DNA of 64,000 nt. It comes from a virus. Within the stretch, counting starts at the first letter, position 1. Each line of letters starts with the position of its first letter. The notes beneath the pieces were generated by a model. It saw nothing but the letters and a program-made list of their open reading frames with translations. It did not search any database and was not told where the DNA came from. Below are positions 1 to 8,009 of the stretch, in pieces. The position numbers and the translations under genes were made by a program. Location of the stretch: IMG/VR virus record IMGVR_UViG_3300045988_180980; one strand, given 5' to 3'.

Positions 1-87
1 AGCACCACCAGCACCACCAGCAGGAGCACCACCAGCACCACCAGCAGGAGCACCAGCAGCACCACCATCAGGAGCACCAGCGCCCAC
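1..87. repeat. Imperfect tandem repeat (AGCACCACC / AGCAGG units, about 24-nt period) at the window edge
   Basis: agcaccaccagcaccaccagcagg occurs twice, then degenerate copies. Open on both strands (Ser/Thr- or Pro/Ala-rich on +, Gly/Ala-rich on -). Probably the low-complexity end of a CDS cut by the window; + frame 1 stops at 109-111. Confidence 0.5.
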
Positions 88-228
88 GTATATATATATA
101 ATGTGTTGTAATATGTCTGTTTGTTAACAACTGTAAACAAATAGTGTAGTATTGTTTCCAAAAGTTAAATAATAACTATATGTAGTGTTTTTCTTCGCGA
201 AATATTTGCGGAAATGAATTATATGTAA

Positions 229-236
229 TACCTTTG
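229..236 (+). promoter_or_regulatory. Bacteroidetes-type -7 promoter box (TACCTTTG)
   Basis: Matches TAnnTTTG. The same TACCTTTGCAG word recurs at 6715. Lies upstream of ORF 390..737. Confidence 0.4.
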
Positions 237-389
237 CAGCGTCAAAAATAAAACGAGCAGCAAACGCTCTGGTACGCAGGCTTACACCTACCGCAACCGC
301 CTGCCACCGCCCCACCGGTGCGAACGTGGAAAAAAAAAGAAGTAATAACAAAAAAAACTGGTGGCAACAGTACAATTCAGCGTAAGAAC

Positions 390-737
390 ATGAACAAAAA
401 GACTTTAGCCGTTACGCTTGCAGCAGTTGCAGCAGCGAACCCCGCGGGCTACACTGTGGACGCTCGTACACTCGAACCCCTTACAAGCGGGTACGCTGTA
501 GCGGTTGCGGCAACACAAAACAGCTTCGGCCTTGAAGGCCTGGAGCGCGTTATTGAGTACGCAGGAACACACACGGAAATAGCAGCGTTTGGAGGTTGGC
601 GGGATGACAAGAGCGGCTGCTACTACTATGACGCTGTAGTGATATGTCAGGATCTCACGGACGCCATGGAGCTTGCCCGTGTCAACAAGCAACTTGCATT
701 TTTTGACCTCAACAACAAAAAAGAGGTGCGACTGTAG
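390..737 (+). CDS. hypothetical protein
   Basis: ORF 318..737 trimmed to the first ATG (MNKKTLAV...) behind an A-rich leader. Ala-rich hydrophobic N-terminus. No family recognised. Confidence 0.55.
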   Translation: MNKKTLAVTLAAVAAANPAGYTVDARTLEPLTSGYAVAVAATQNSFGLEGLERVIEYAGTHTEIAAFGGWRDDKSGCYYYDAVVICQDLTDAMELARVNKQLAFFDLNNKKEVRL

Positions 738-787
738 CATACACTAACCAGGGAGCCGCGTGTGCGGCTCCCACAACACAAAACAAA

Positions 788-1042
788 ATGCAAAAGATAA
801 CAGTAACACAGCAGAGCGGCACCCGTGCCCTACTTGCAGCCCTTGCCGCCGTCTCCCTGATCCTTGCCCGCCGTGCTGCTTGCAGCACACTGGAGGCAAC
901 ACGCAGCGCCCGCAAATGGTTATGCACCCGGCACGACTTCATGCCCGCCGACGGGGATCCTATACAGTGCACCGGCCTTCAGCTGATAGGCTGCAGCCTG
1001 GTCTTCCTTGCCCTTTCCTTCATCTTATCAATATCTTTCTAA
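788..1042 (+). CDS. small putative membrane protein
   Basis: 84 aa with two hydrophobic segments (LLAALAAVSLILA, LQLIGCSLVFLALSFILSI). Preferred over the overlapping frame 760..1119, which reads like noise. Confidence 0.35.
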   Translation: MQKITVTQQSGTRALLAALAAVSLILARRAACSTLEATRSARKWLCTRHDFMPADGDPIQCTGLQLIGCSLVFLALSFILSISF

Positions 1043-1073
1043 TTTATAGACATTTCAAAAAAATCACAAAATC

Positions 1074-1514
1074 ATGGCTACAAAAAGATACAACGAAAAA
1101 CGTTTTACATTTATGGTGAACGGGGTGCCCGTCGCCATGACCTGCGACACGACATGTACCCGCGACGGCTTTTGCCATCATGCTTTTTTGTACGGTTGCG
1201 GCCGTTACCAGGAGCACACGCGGGTAAAGTATTATAACAGAACGTGGGAACGGTTTACCTATGAGTCTGTTTTACATGCCGCCGTGCGCAAGTTACCAAA
1301 GGAATACCGCGCACCTCTGGAGCTGGAAATCGACACAATAGCCACGGACGCAGCGGCAAAAGTGGATGCCTTTTTGCAGGCATTCCGGCGCAATTACAGC
1401 GCGCTGTCAGACGAGCAAAAAGACTTCTTGCGCGCCCATACTCCCCACCTGGAGACATCAGAGCAAGCGCAAGCCGTTGCGGGTACGGTGGCACTCATGG
1501 CCGCTGCAAGATAG
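1074..1514 (+). CDS. hypothetical protein
   Basis: 146-aa ORF, co-oriented with its neighbours. Cys/His-rich N-terminus (CDTTCTRDGFCHH). No family recognised. Confidence 0.55.
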   Translation: MATKRYNEKRFTFMVNGVPVAMTCDTTCTRDGFCHHAFLYGCGRYQEHTRVKYYNRTWERFTYESVLHAAVRKLPKEYRAPLELEIDTIATDAAAKVDAFLQAFRRNYSALSDEQKDFLRAHTPHLETSEQAQAVAGTVALMAAAR

Positions 1515-1528
1515 AGCGCACACGCGCC

Positions 1529-1579
1529 GGGGTGTAAGGTATCCAGGCCTTGCCCGGGGTTCGAGTCCCCGGCACCCGC
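1529..1579 (+). ncRNA. tRNA-like minihelix / truncated pseudo-tRNA (acceptor-like stem + short hairpin + T-arm)
   Basis: T-arm CGGGG-TTCGAGT-CCCCG at 1555-1571. GGGTGT (1530-1535) pairs with GCACCC (1572-1577). Inner hairpin AAGG-N8-CCTT at 1536-1551. No D-arm or canonical anticodon arm. Sits between the stop at 1514 and the ATTATAGA box. Confidence 0.5.
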
Positions 1580-1581
1580 TC

Positions 1582-1589
1582 ATTATAGA
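1582..1589 (+). promoter_or_regulatory. ATTATAGA-box intergenic motif, copy 1
   Basis: cATTATAGAatatacaaaaaaa, 28 nt upstream of ATG 1610. Confidence 0.6.
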
Positions 1590-1609
1590 ATATACAAAAA
1601 AATACAATT

Positions 1610-1990
1610 ATGGCAAAGGTAAAACTTCACAGAATCGCCGGGGAGGCACAGCTTCTCCCACAGCGGCAAGACATGTTCCCCGCAGTCCACTGGATGGAGG
1701 CAAAGCGCCTTTTGGCAAAGGTACTCAGACAGACGAGCAAGGAGGCGGGGCGCTATCCTGCAAAGTTCCTGCAGGATCGCATGGTGGGCGCTGATTTCCC
1801 CGCCGTGGATGGTGGATACTGTAACGGCCTTTTGTGTGTGGCAAACAGCGGCGAACACAGCCATGGGGGCGGGTATTTCACCCTTGAGGATGCACCAGGA
1901 TGCACGTATATATACGCAGCGCCCGCCGGGGCATTGTGTATAGCACACATCACCGACGACGGACAAACGACATATTACCGCATCGACTAA
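1610..1990 (+). CDS. hypothetical protein
   Basis: 126-aa ORF whose ATG follows an ATTATAGA box and A-rich leader. Confidence 0.55.
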   Translation: MAKVKLHRIAGEAQLLPQRQDMFPAVHWMEAKRLLAKVLRQTSKEAGRYPAKFLQDRMVGADFPAVDGGYCNGLLCVANSGEHSHGGGYFTLEDAPGCTYIYAAPAGALCIAHITDDGQTTYYRID

Positions 1991-2014
1991 CCAGGCAGGC
2001 GGAATCCCCGCTCC

Positions 2015-2022
2015 TTTATAGA
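2015..2022 (+). promoter_or_regulatory. ATTATAGA-box intergenic motif, copy 2 (TTTATAGA variant)
   Basis: cTTTATAGAttatacaaaaaac, 39 nt upstream of ATG 2054. Confidence 0.55.
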
Positions 2023-2053
2023 TTATACAAAAAACTACAAAAATACAAAGAGT

Positions 2054-2569
2054 ATGAAAACGTACCTTATAATTTGCGACGGTCAGGCCGTGGCCGACAA
2101 AGTCAATGAATATATAACAGTAAACAGCCTTTTCACGGCGGGCGAAACCATTACAGCGCCCGCTGTAGAGTGGGGCTATACCTATACCGACGACGAGCGT
2201 ATATATAATGCAGTGTGCGCATATATCCAGGAAGGAGGCACGGGTGCCACGGCCTGCAACCTACGAAAATTCAAGTACGAGAAGGAGAACTTCGAGCTAT
2301 ACAAGGACGAAGGAGGACGGACGCAAATACGCAGATTCCCGCCTACCATCTATAATATAGAAATCTCTGACGAGTGTATAACCGTGAACGGTTACAGCCT
2401 GAAGATCAAGAAACAATACGACTATACATACCAACTGCGTAAAACGTTCGTTGGTACATCAGATGCGCACGCCCTTGCCTACTTCATCCAGAACGTTTGC
2501 TGGTGCCATTCCGGGCGGCCTGAGCAAATCTGTGAACACGTTATAGCCTATGGCAAAAAGCGCGCTTGA
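2054..2569 (+). CDS. hypothetical protein
   Basis: 171-aa ORF behind a box and A-rich leader. Confidence 0.6.
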   Translation: MKTYLIICDGQAVADKVNEYITVNSLFTAGETITAPAVEWGYTYTDDERIYNAVCAYIQEGGTGATACNLRKFKYEKENFELYKDEGGRTQIRRFPPTIYNIEISDECITVNGYSLKIKKQYDYTYQLRKTFVGTSDAHALAYFIQNVCWCHSGRPEQICEHVIAYGKKRA

Positions 2570-2591
2570 ATCCCGCGCAAAAAATCACCCT

Positions 2592-2599
2592 ATTATAGA
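2592..2599 (+). promoter_or_regulatory. ATTATAGA-box intergenic motif, copy 3
   Basis: ccctATTATAGAccacataaaaaac, 30 nt upstream of ATG 2622. Confidence 0.6.
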
Positions 2600-2621
2600 C
2601 CACATAAAAAACCACAAAAAA

Positions 2622-3230
2622 ATGAATACACAGAATACAGCCAACGAGCTGCGCACACAGCACATGAATGAGGTAAAAGCATACAGCGCCCACGTGGACG
2701 AAGAGATTGCAAGGGTGAAGCATGAGCTGCAGTTCCTCCACGCCCTGGAGGAGACGGCAAAGGAGTTCGACGGCAAGGTGATCAACAAGCGCTTTTTTGA
2801 TGCGCTGACTGAGAAAACGGGGTTCCAGCTGAAGGAGTTCTACTGGGTGAATATCATGTGGGTGGATTATTCAGGGCATAAGCCCGTGAACTTCGATCCG
2901 CAAGTGCGCATCCCCGTTGATTTCGCCACTGGCAGGGAAAGTTGGCAGCCGGCCTCCCCACGGCCAAACTGCTGGCAGTGGAAAAAGGGCGAACGAATGG
3001 AGGCGGGCAAGATGCGGACTATTATAGAGCCCCTGGAAAATGACAGACACAATGAGATAGAATCCCTGCGTGCCTCCAAGAAGGAATACGCAGCATACCT
3101 GCGCAAGGCACGGAAAGTAGAGGCAATGATACGGGAACTGACACGCAACGGTTGCGACGAGATGCGCCGCTGGGCAAAAGGCCGCGACCTGAAAGACCTT
3201 GTATATACAAGCTCCCTCTTCATCAGCTGA
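2622..3230 (+). CDS. hypothetical protein, paralog of 3269..3985
   Basis: ORF 2550..3230 trimmed to the ATG after the box (MNTQNT...). Shares FDGKVINKRF, WQW..GERMEA and LRASKKEYAAYL blocks with the next gene. Confidence 0.65.
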   Translation: MNTQNTANELRTQHMNEVKAYSAHVDEEIARVKHELQFLHALEETAKEFDGKVINKRFFDALTEKTGFQLKEFYWVNIMWVDYSGHKPVNFDPQVRIPVDFATGRESWQPASPRPNCWQWKKGERMEAGKMRTIIEPLENDRHNEIESLRASKKEYAAYLRKARKVEAMIRELTRNGCDEMRRWAKGRDLKDLVYTSSLFIS

Positions 3231-3237
3231 ACGCCCT

Positions 3238-3245
3238 ATTATAGA
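3238..3245 (+). promoter_or_regulatory. ATTATAGA-box intergenic motif, copy 4
   Basis: ccctATTATAGAacatgtaaaaaa, 31 nt upstream of ATG 3269. Confidence 0.6.
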
Positions 3246-3268
3246 ACATGTAAAAAATTGAGAATATT

Positions 3269-3985
3269 ATGGACCGGTTATTTATTGAAGCACAAAATCT
3301 GGTTTGTAGCGACGGTAACGTATGGTTGTGGAAGTCTGAAAGCATGGATGGTGTGCGCCACTTTGCTACAAAGGAGGATGCACAGAAGTACATCGAATTG
3401 CATCATCAGTTTAGCCGTGAGAATGGCAGAGAGGAAGTAGCCTACAGCATGGGCACTGAGGACGACTTCCTGGCGGCTGCAAAGGAGTTCGAGCGCAAGA
3501 AGAAGGCCAACGAGGTGAAGGAGTACTGCAAGCACGTGGACGCATTGATAGAGCGCCGGCAGCTTGAAATTAAAGCCCTGGACGGACTGATTCAGGTATG
3601 CCGCAAGTTTGACGGAAAGGTTCTGAATAAACGTTTTCACGAGGCGGTAGAGGAGGAGACGGGCTTTTGTAGCTCGTTTGATGAATATTGTTTTAATCTA
3701 AAATGTTACGACATCTATAGATACAATGGCTGGAAAGATTATCCTGATATTGCAATTTATGTTAGTTTTGGCAATGGCTACCGCCGCTATATTGGCAATG
3801 AGAAAGAAGAGAATACGAACGAATGGCAGTGGAATACTGGCGACCGCCTGGAGGCGGAAAAAGCTGTTGCTGTTATAGAACAGTATAAAAACGACCGTTT
3901 GGCGACTATCGAGAACCTCAAGGCATCAAAGAAGAAGTATGCGGCATATCTGAAGCTGGCACGAAAAGCGGAACAGATTTTTTAG
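3269..3985 (+). CDS. hypothetical protein, paralog of 2622..3230
   Basis: 238 aa. Its C-terminal two thirds align by eye with the preceding gene (FDGKVLNKRF, WQWNTGDRLEA, LKASKKKYAAYL). Confidence 0.65.
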   Translation: MDRLFIEAQNLVCSDGNVWLWKSESMDGVRHFATKEDAQKYIELHHQFSRENGREEVAYSMGTEDDFLAAAKEFERKKKANEVKEYCKHVDALIERRQLEIKALDGLIQVCRKFDGKVLNKRFHEAVEEETGFCSSFDEYCFNLKCYDIYRYNGWKDYPDIAIYVSFGNGYRRYIGNEKEENTNEWQWNTGDRLEAEKAVAVIEQYKNDRLATIENLKASKKKYAAYLKLARKAEQIF

Positions 3986-4125
3986 GACATGCAACAGTAT
4001 GACTATGAGATTCAAGAGTTCGCCAGAACTCACGCACTGAGCAAGTACCACTGCCTCTCTAACTTGTGGCTGTCTTATTAAATCATCCTTCACGGGGCTG
4101 CGCCTGGCAGCAGGGCAGCTCCCCT

Positions 4126-4133
4126 ATTATAGA
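4126..4133 (+). promoter_or_regulatory. ATTATAGA-box intergenic motif, copy 5
   Basis: ccctATTATAGAacatataaaa, 29 nt upstream of ATG 4155. Confidence 0.6.
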
Positions 4134-4154
4134 ACATATAAAATTTTGAGCATT

Positions 4155-4337
4155 ATGGCAATAGATGAACTGACCGCTTCACAGCGCGAGCAACTGAAAA
4201 TAGCCGTTCTTGAGAACGTGCTCGGGTATGAACCAAGCTACGGCGAAATGGCTTGTGCTGACGATATTGTAAGTGACGAGTATATAGAAGAGGAGTTTGC
4301 AGGAGTCGATTTTGTAGAGGGAGACTTCTGGAGTTAA
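4155..4337 (+). CDS. small highly acidic protein
   Basis: ORF 4146 (TTG) trimmed to ATG 4155. 60 aa with 16 Asp/Glu versus 2 Lys/Arg. Lies directly upstream of the MTase-like gene. Confidence 0.5.
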   Translation: MAIDELTASQREQLKIAVLENVLGYEPSYGEMACADDIVSDEYIEEEFAGVDFVEGDFWS

Positions 4338-4345
4338 ACCTCCCT

Positions 4346-4353
4346 ATTATAGA
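4346..4353 (+). promoter_or_regulatory. ATTATAGA-box intergenic motif, copy 6
   Basis: ccctATTATAGAacacataaaaa, 30 nt upstream of ATG 4376. Confidence 0.6.
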
Positions 4354-4375
4354 ACACATAAAAATTTGAGAAATC

Positions 4376-5086
4376 ATGGATAAAAAGAAGTATATCGACG
4401 TGCTGACCGAACAGGCCAGCAAGCACAGCAGACCGCAGGAAATGGCACTGAGCGACTTCTGCGACTACCTTATAGAGTTCTTCAGCGTTGACGCTTTCAA
4501 GGCTGGCACAGCCGAATATAGCCAGCACATCTTGAGCTGCACACGGAATAATCCCGACTTTGCTGGACTCACCTTCCAGTGGCTCGACGATGTGGCAACA
4601 GCGATGAAGCGGGGCGAGTGGCTCGACGTGTTCGGCTTATTGTACGAGGAAATGTACCTGAGTCGTGGCAAGGCGTCGAAGACGGGGCAGTTCTTCACAC
4701 CTCAGAGCGTGTCAGACTTGATGGCACAGGTCAGCGGTCTGGGAGCTGGCGACCACGGCAAGGTGAACGACTGCGCAGCTGGGAGCGGGCGCTTGCTCCT
4801 GGCACACTATATAGAGAAGAGCAAACTTGACCATTCGGCCGGCAGGCGTTTCGAGTATGTGGCACAAGACAGCGATCCTATTGCTTGCAAGATGTGCGCC
4901 TGCAACTTCATGGTACATGGCATGTATGGCCGTGTGGAGTGTCGCGACACATTGCGCATGAGTGAGCCAACGGTGGTGTACTATATCAACGAAGTGAAAT
5001 ACCCGTTCAACACTCCCTATTACAGCGTGCGGACAGTAGTACCCGCAAAGGCAGCCTCTATTATGGAACATGCAAAAAACGACTGA
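4376..5086 (+). CDS. HsdM/gamma-class N6-adenine DNA methyltransferase-like protein, short form
   Basis: Contains GQFFTP, VNDCAAGSGRLL (SAM motif I), and the AQDSDPIACKMCACNFMVHG...CRDTL block typical of N6_Mtase proteins. The catalytic tetrapeptide is degenerate (NTPY) and the protein ends about 25 aa later. Confidence 0.6.
   Translation: MDKKKYIDVLTEQASKHSRPQEMALSDFCDYLIEFFSVDAFKAGTAEYSQHILSCTRNNPDFAGLTFQWLDDVATAMKRGEWLDVFGLLYEEMYLSRGKASKTGQFFTPQSVSDLMAQVSGLGAGDHGKVNDCAAGSGRLLLAHYIEKSKLDHSAGRRFEYVAQDSDPIACKMCACNFMVHGMYGRVECRDTLRMSEPTVVYYINEVKYPFNTPYYSVRTVVPAKAASIMEHAKND
5060..5067 (+). promoter_or_regulatory. ATTATAGA-box intergenic motif, copy 7 (ATTATGGA variant)
   Basis: ctctATTATGGAacatgcaaaaaac, 30 nt upstream of ATG 5090. 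Overlaps the 3' end of the previous CDS. Confidence 0.55.
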
Positions 5087-5089
5087 ACA

Positions 5090-5431
5090 ATGGAACATAC
5101 CTTCACTCTGACCGAGCAGGACGGACATACCCTGCTCACCTCACAGGAGTACCCCTGGTGCGTGCTCCAGGTGGTACCCACCACTCCCGACACGTACCTG
5201 CGTACCTACTCCCAGCTGCTCCATCGAGGCTATATAGCGCAGCACCCCGTGTGCCGCCAGTTCCTCATCATCCACCTGGCCAGCGGCAACCACGACGGGC
5301 AGCACCCCGAGCGGGAAATCAAGATCACGCAGTCCAACAGCCTTTTCTTCCTCTCAGTGCTGAAGGACACGATGGCACAGGCGGTGGAATGGTACTATAC
5401 GCATATTATAGACAAGAAAAAAAACGACTGA
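5090..5431 (+). CDS. hypothetical protein
   Basis: 113-aa ORF behind a box. The overlapping frame 5158..5499 is Pro/Arg-rich noise. Confidence 0.55.
   Translation: MEHTFTLTEQDGHTLLTSQEYPWCVLQVVPTTPDTYLRTYSQLLHRGYIAQHPVCRQFLIIHLASGNHDGQHPEREIKITQSNSLFFLSVLKDTMAQAVEWYYTHIIDKKKND
5405..5412 (+). promoter_or_regulatory. ATTATAGA-box intergenic motif, copy 8
   Basis: gcatATTATAGAcaagaaaaaaaac, 30 nt upstream of ATG 5435. Confidence 0.6.
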
Positions 5432-5434
5432 ATT

Positions 5435-6052
5435 ATGGGATGGTCATCAATTTATACTGGCAGACTTACAAGCCAGGAGAAGAAACAGAGAATAGATAGA
5501 GTAAGAACGTGGGAAAACGAAGAAGTTGTAAAGAGTTGCATGGTAGGTACAACCTATTATGCGGCAGTGAGGAGAAAGGACGATGGTGCTGTTTATGCCG
5601 TAGTGGCTCTTACACAGCTGGAGGAAGGCGAGTTCGGTTTTAAGGATATATCCGAGATTTGCGGTCCAGTTGAAGAGAAATGCCCTGTAGGCATCTTGAA
5701 GTTACTTTCGCCCACCGACGATAAACTTGCGCAAGAATGGAGAAAGAGATGCCTTGAGAATCATGAAGCACAGCTTCGATTAAGACGATTGAAAAAAACT
5801 TCTCTTACAGGCTTTATAATTAAAACGGCGCAAGGTTATGTGTCAAAAATCACAAAAGTTCATCTGTTTTTGGGCGACTCTTACTTTGTTTGGCCGACAA
5901 AAGAGGAAGCTGAAAAAATGGTCTCCGAACTGATAGATTTAGGCCATGGTGAGCTGTCTCCTACTGTGTGCGAAGTGAAACGGCTCTCGCCTTCTTCGCC
6001 TTGGGTGTTAACGAACATTGGACACGATGTCACAGGTGGCAGTGTGGTATAG
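5435..6052 (+). CDS. hypothetical protein
   Basis: 205-aa ORF behind a box. Confidence 0.6.
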   Translation: MGWSSIYTGRLTSQEKKQRIDRVRTWENEEVVKSCMVGTTYYAAVRRKDDGAVYAVVALTQLEEGEFGFKDISEICGPVEEKCPVGILKLLSPTDDKLAQEWRKRCLENHEAQLRLRRLKKTSLTGFIIKTAQGYVSKITKVHLFLGDSYFVWPTKEEAEKMVSELIDLGHGELSPTVCEVKRLSPSSPWVLTNIGHDVTGGSVV

Positions 6053-6055
6053 AAT

Positions 6056-6063
6056 ATTATAGA
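6056..6063 (+). promoter_or_regulatory. ATTATAGA-box intergenic motif, copy 9
   Basis: gaatATTATAGAacctacaaaaaac, 32 nt upstream of ATG 6088. Confidence 0.6.
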
Positions 6064-6087
6064 ACCTACAAAAAACGACGGAAAATT

Positions 6088-6339
6088 ATGAGAATACCAA
6101 AACAGATACCCAATGAGCTGAAGCGCCTGATCAATGCGATTGTGAAACGTTCTGGCGATTGTGAAAAATGGCTTAACGGATATAATAGAGATCCATGGGG
6201 CTTCACCTGGTATGGCTCCCGAATGATTTGCGAACCTTTATTTTGTAGTTATGGCTGCATAGGTTACGACATCACTTATAAGGGGTATGCTATAAATGTG
6301 GACAATGATTTGTCACGGATTGTAATTTGCGACGAATAG
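6088..6339 (+). CDS. hypothetical protein
   Basis: ORF 5968..6339 trimmed to the ATG after the box (MRIPKQIPNEL...). 83 aa. Confidence 0.5.
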   Translation: MRIPKQIPNELKRLINAIVKRSGDCEKWLNGYNRDPWGFTWYGSRMICEPLFCSYGCIGYDITYKGYAINVDNDLSRIVICDE

Positions 6340-6347
6340 TATGAAGT

Positions 6348-6797
6348 ATGAAAAAAAAGAAAATCATGGATAAAAGAACTTTCACATTCCTGGGCGTGCG
6401 CTACAATGCGCCCGCCAGCCTGGACGAGAACATACGCGACTGGTTCGCCCACAACGCACCCACCGCCGCCTGCGCCCCCATCCCTGCCGATGCCCGCTTC
6501 AGCGCAGTGCATGCCGCACTCACGCCCTCCACCGCAGCCCCGCTCCCCGCCTGGTGCGCCTCCATCGACAGCACAGCCCGCAATCTGATATACTACTGTG
6601 TAGCCGTGACCGCCGCACCTGCAGAATATCCCCACGAAAACGGGAAAAATAAGAAAAACACTGTTTTTTTCGAAATAATGTGTGTTTTTCCTTGCAAGTT
6701 CCCCGAAAAGTACGTACCTTTGCAGTATCAAAAAAGAAAAGAAGTAACAACATTAAAACAGGCGGCAACTGTAATTCGGCACCCCGATTATGAATAA
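6348..6797 (+). CDS. hypothetical protein (Ala/Pro-rich centre)
   Basis: 149-aa ORF with an alternative ATG at 6366. Its 3' end runs through a promoter-like segment, and several shadow frames overlap it. Confidence 0.4.
   Translation: MKKKKIMDKRTFTFLGVRYNAPASLDENIRDWFAHNAPTAACAPIPADARFSAVHAALTPSTAAPLPAWCASIDSTARNLIYYCVAVTAAPAEYPHENGKNKKNTVFFEIMCVFPCKFPEKYVPLQYQKRKEVTTLKQAATVIRHPDYE
6715..6722 (+). promoter_or_regulatory. Bacteroidetes-type -7 promoter box (TACCTTTG)
   Basis: gtacgTACCTTTGcag, with ttg at about -33. Lies upstream of ATG 6790. Confidence 0.45.
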
Positions 6798-7404
6798 GAA
6801 CACAGAACATCTCAATGTATGGTTCAACGTTGGTCACGACGACCGTAGCTACACCACTCCTTGCAAGCGGTACATCGGCACCGTATCGGCACTCTCAGAC
6901 ACCTTCAAGGAAGATTCCATGGTGGACAAGACCAATGAAAACGGGGAGCCGCTTCCCGACAGTGAATGGAAGCTGCTTGACCGTGTGGGTAACATCATCC
7001 TGCAGGGACGAGAGGAGATAGAGGCGGAAACGGGCGTCATCGACTGGGGAAGCAGATACGACATCGACATCGTGCGCAACATCACTGAGTGCGACCCTGA
7101 AGAGTATCAGTGCATCATCGATGCGTACAATGATGGAGAATATGTGGACGACGACGTATTACGCTTTGCGTGTGAAGCCACATCGCAATGCCTGGTACTG
7201 GGCATCTCCTTCAACGAAGACGGATCCCTGGATGTGCGCACACAATACAGGACTACCACGTTTTTCCCTGGCGACTTCGCAGACGAGACCGACGCACGAG
7301 ATACGCTGAAGGCCGCCGGCTTCATCAAGAGTTCAATAGAGAGCATCGTAGATGCCGCGAGCGACGAGTGCTGGTTCGATTTCGATGAAGAGGACGAGGA
7401 CTGA
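6790..7404 (+). CDS. acidic hypothetical protein
   Basis: 204 aa, strongly Asp/Glu-rich, ending in DFDEEDED. Start overlaps the previous stop (ATGAATAA). Confidence 0.6.
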   Translation: MNKNTEHLNVWFNVGHDDRSYTTPCKRYIGTVSALSDTFKEDSMVDKTNENGEPLPDSEWKLLDRVGNIILQGREEIEAETGVIDWGSRYDIDIVRNITECDPEEYQCIIDAYNDGEYVDDDVLRFACEATSQCLVLGISFNEDGSLDVRTQYRTTTFFPGDFADETDARDTLKAAGFIKSSIESIVDAASDECWFDFDEEDED

Positions 7405-7406
7405 TT

Positions 7407-7414
7407 ATTATAGA
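7407..7414 (+). promoter_or_regulatory. ATTATAGA-box intergenic motif, copy 10
   Basis: tgattATTATAGActgcacaag, directly after stop 7404. Confidence 0.55.
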
Positions 7415-7440
7415 CTGCACAAGTAATCACACAAACCTAA

Positions 7441-7468
7441 CAGCCCTATCGCATCACGGTCAAGCGGG
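7441..7468 (+). promoter_or_regulatory. CAGCCCTA..CACGGTGAAGCGG intergenic motif, copy 1
   Basis: cagccctatcgcatcacggtcaagcggg, ending 15 nt upstream of ATG 7484. Confidence 0.6.
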
Positions 7469-7483
7469 AAGATATAGAAGAAG

Positions 7484-7996
7484 ATGACCTATGATGAATA
7501 CGAACAGTATTCTATTGAGAATAGCGAGCAGTTTTCTGAAGAGTTCGATGAATTTATTGACATGGAGAATACTGGAGATTTGCATTATGAATGCGATTTT
7601 GAGTTCCCGTATGGCATTGCTGCACCGAACAAAAACGCAGACGTAGTTGCCGCATGGCTTCCTGATGATCAGTATATCTTTAGTCACACTTCCGTCCCCG
7701 AGGTGTTGGAATACATTGCGGCAAATTATCCTGAATTTGCAGAATCCATCAGAGATACTCTCGTGGAGATGCAGGGAAAGTGCCGCATCCACAACATCAA
7801 ATTCTACCCTTCCGGTTGGAGTGTGTTCACATCAGACGGATGCTTTTACTTTGCCTTTGAACCTGCGATCTACGAGAACGAGGACGAAGCCTATGAAGGA
7901 TGGGTCGATTGGTGCAACGAGCACGACATTGACGAGAATAGCATCAAACAGTATGAAGTCGATGTAAAAATCCGCACTTCTAACCAGGTTTATTGA
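7484..7996 (+). CDS. acidic hypothetical protein
   Basis: 170 aa. The N-terminus MTYDEYEQYSIENSEQFSEEFDEF is very acidic. Confidence 0.6.
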   Translation: MTYDEYEQYSIENSEQFSEEFDEFIDMENTGDLHYECDFEFPYGIAAPNKNADVVAAWLPDDQYIFSHTSVPEVLEYIAANYPEFAESIRDTLVEMQGKCRIHNIKFYPSGWSVFTSDGCFYFAFEPAIYENEDEAYEGWVDWCNEHDIDENSIKQYEVDVKIRTSNQVY

Positions 7997-8009
7997 TCAA
8001 TCATTTATT

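Noticed and set aside
1529-1579. tRNA-fragment attP core for integration.
   Set aside because: This is not adopted as the primary call. No integrase is present in 64 kb, and a complete par/rep maintenance module is. It cannot be excluded without the rest of the genome or host tRNA comparison.
6401-6588. Pro-rich 60-aa ORFs on both strands inside 6348..6797.
   Set aside because: They are alternative frames of a GC-rich Ala/Pro-coding stretch and have no independent support.
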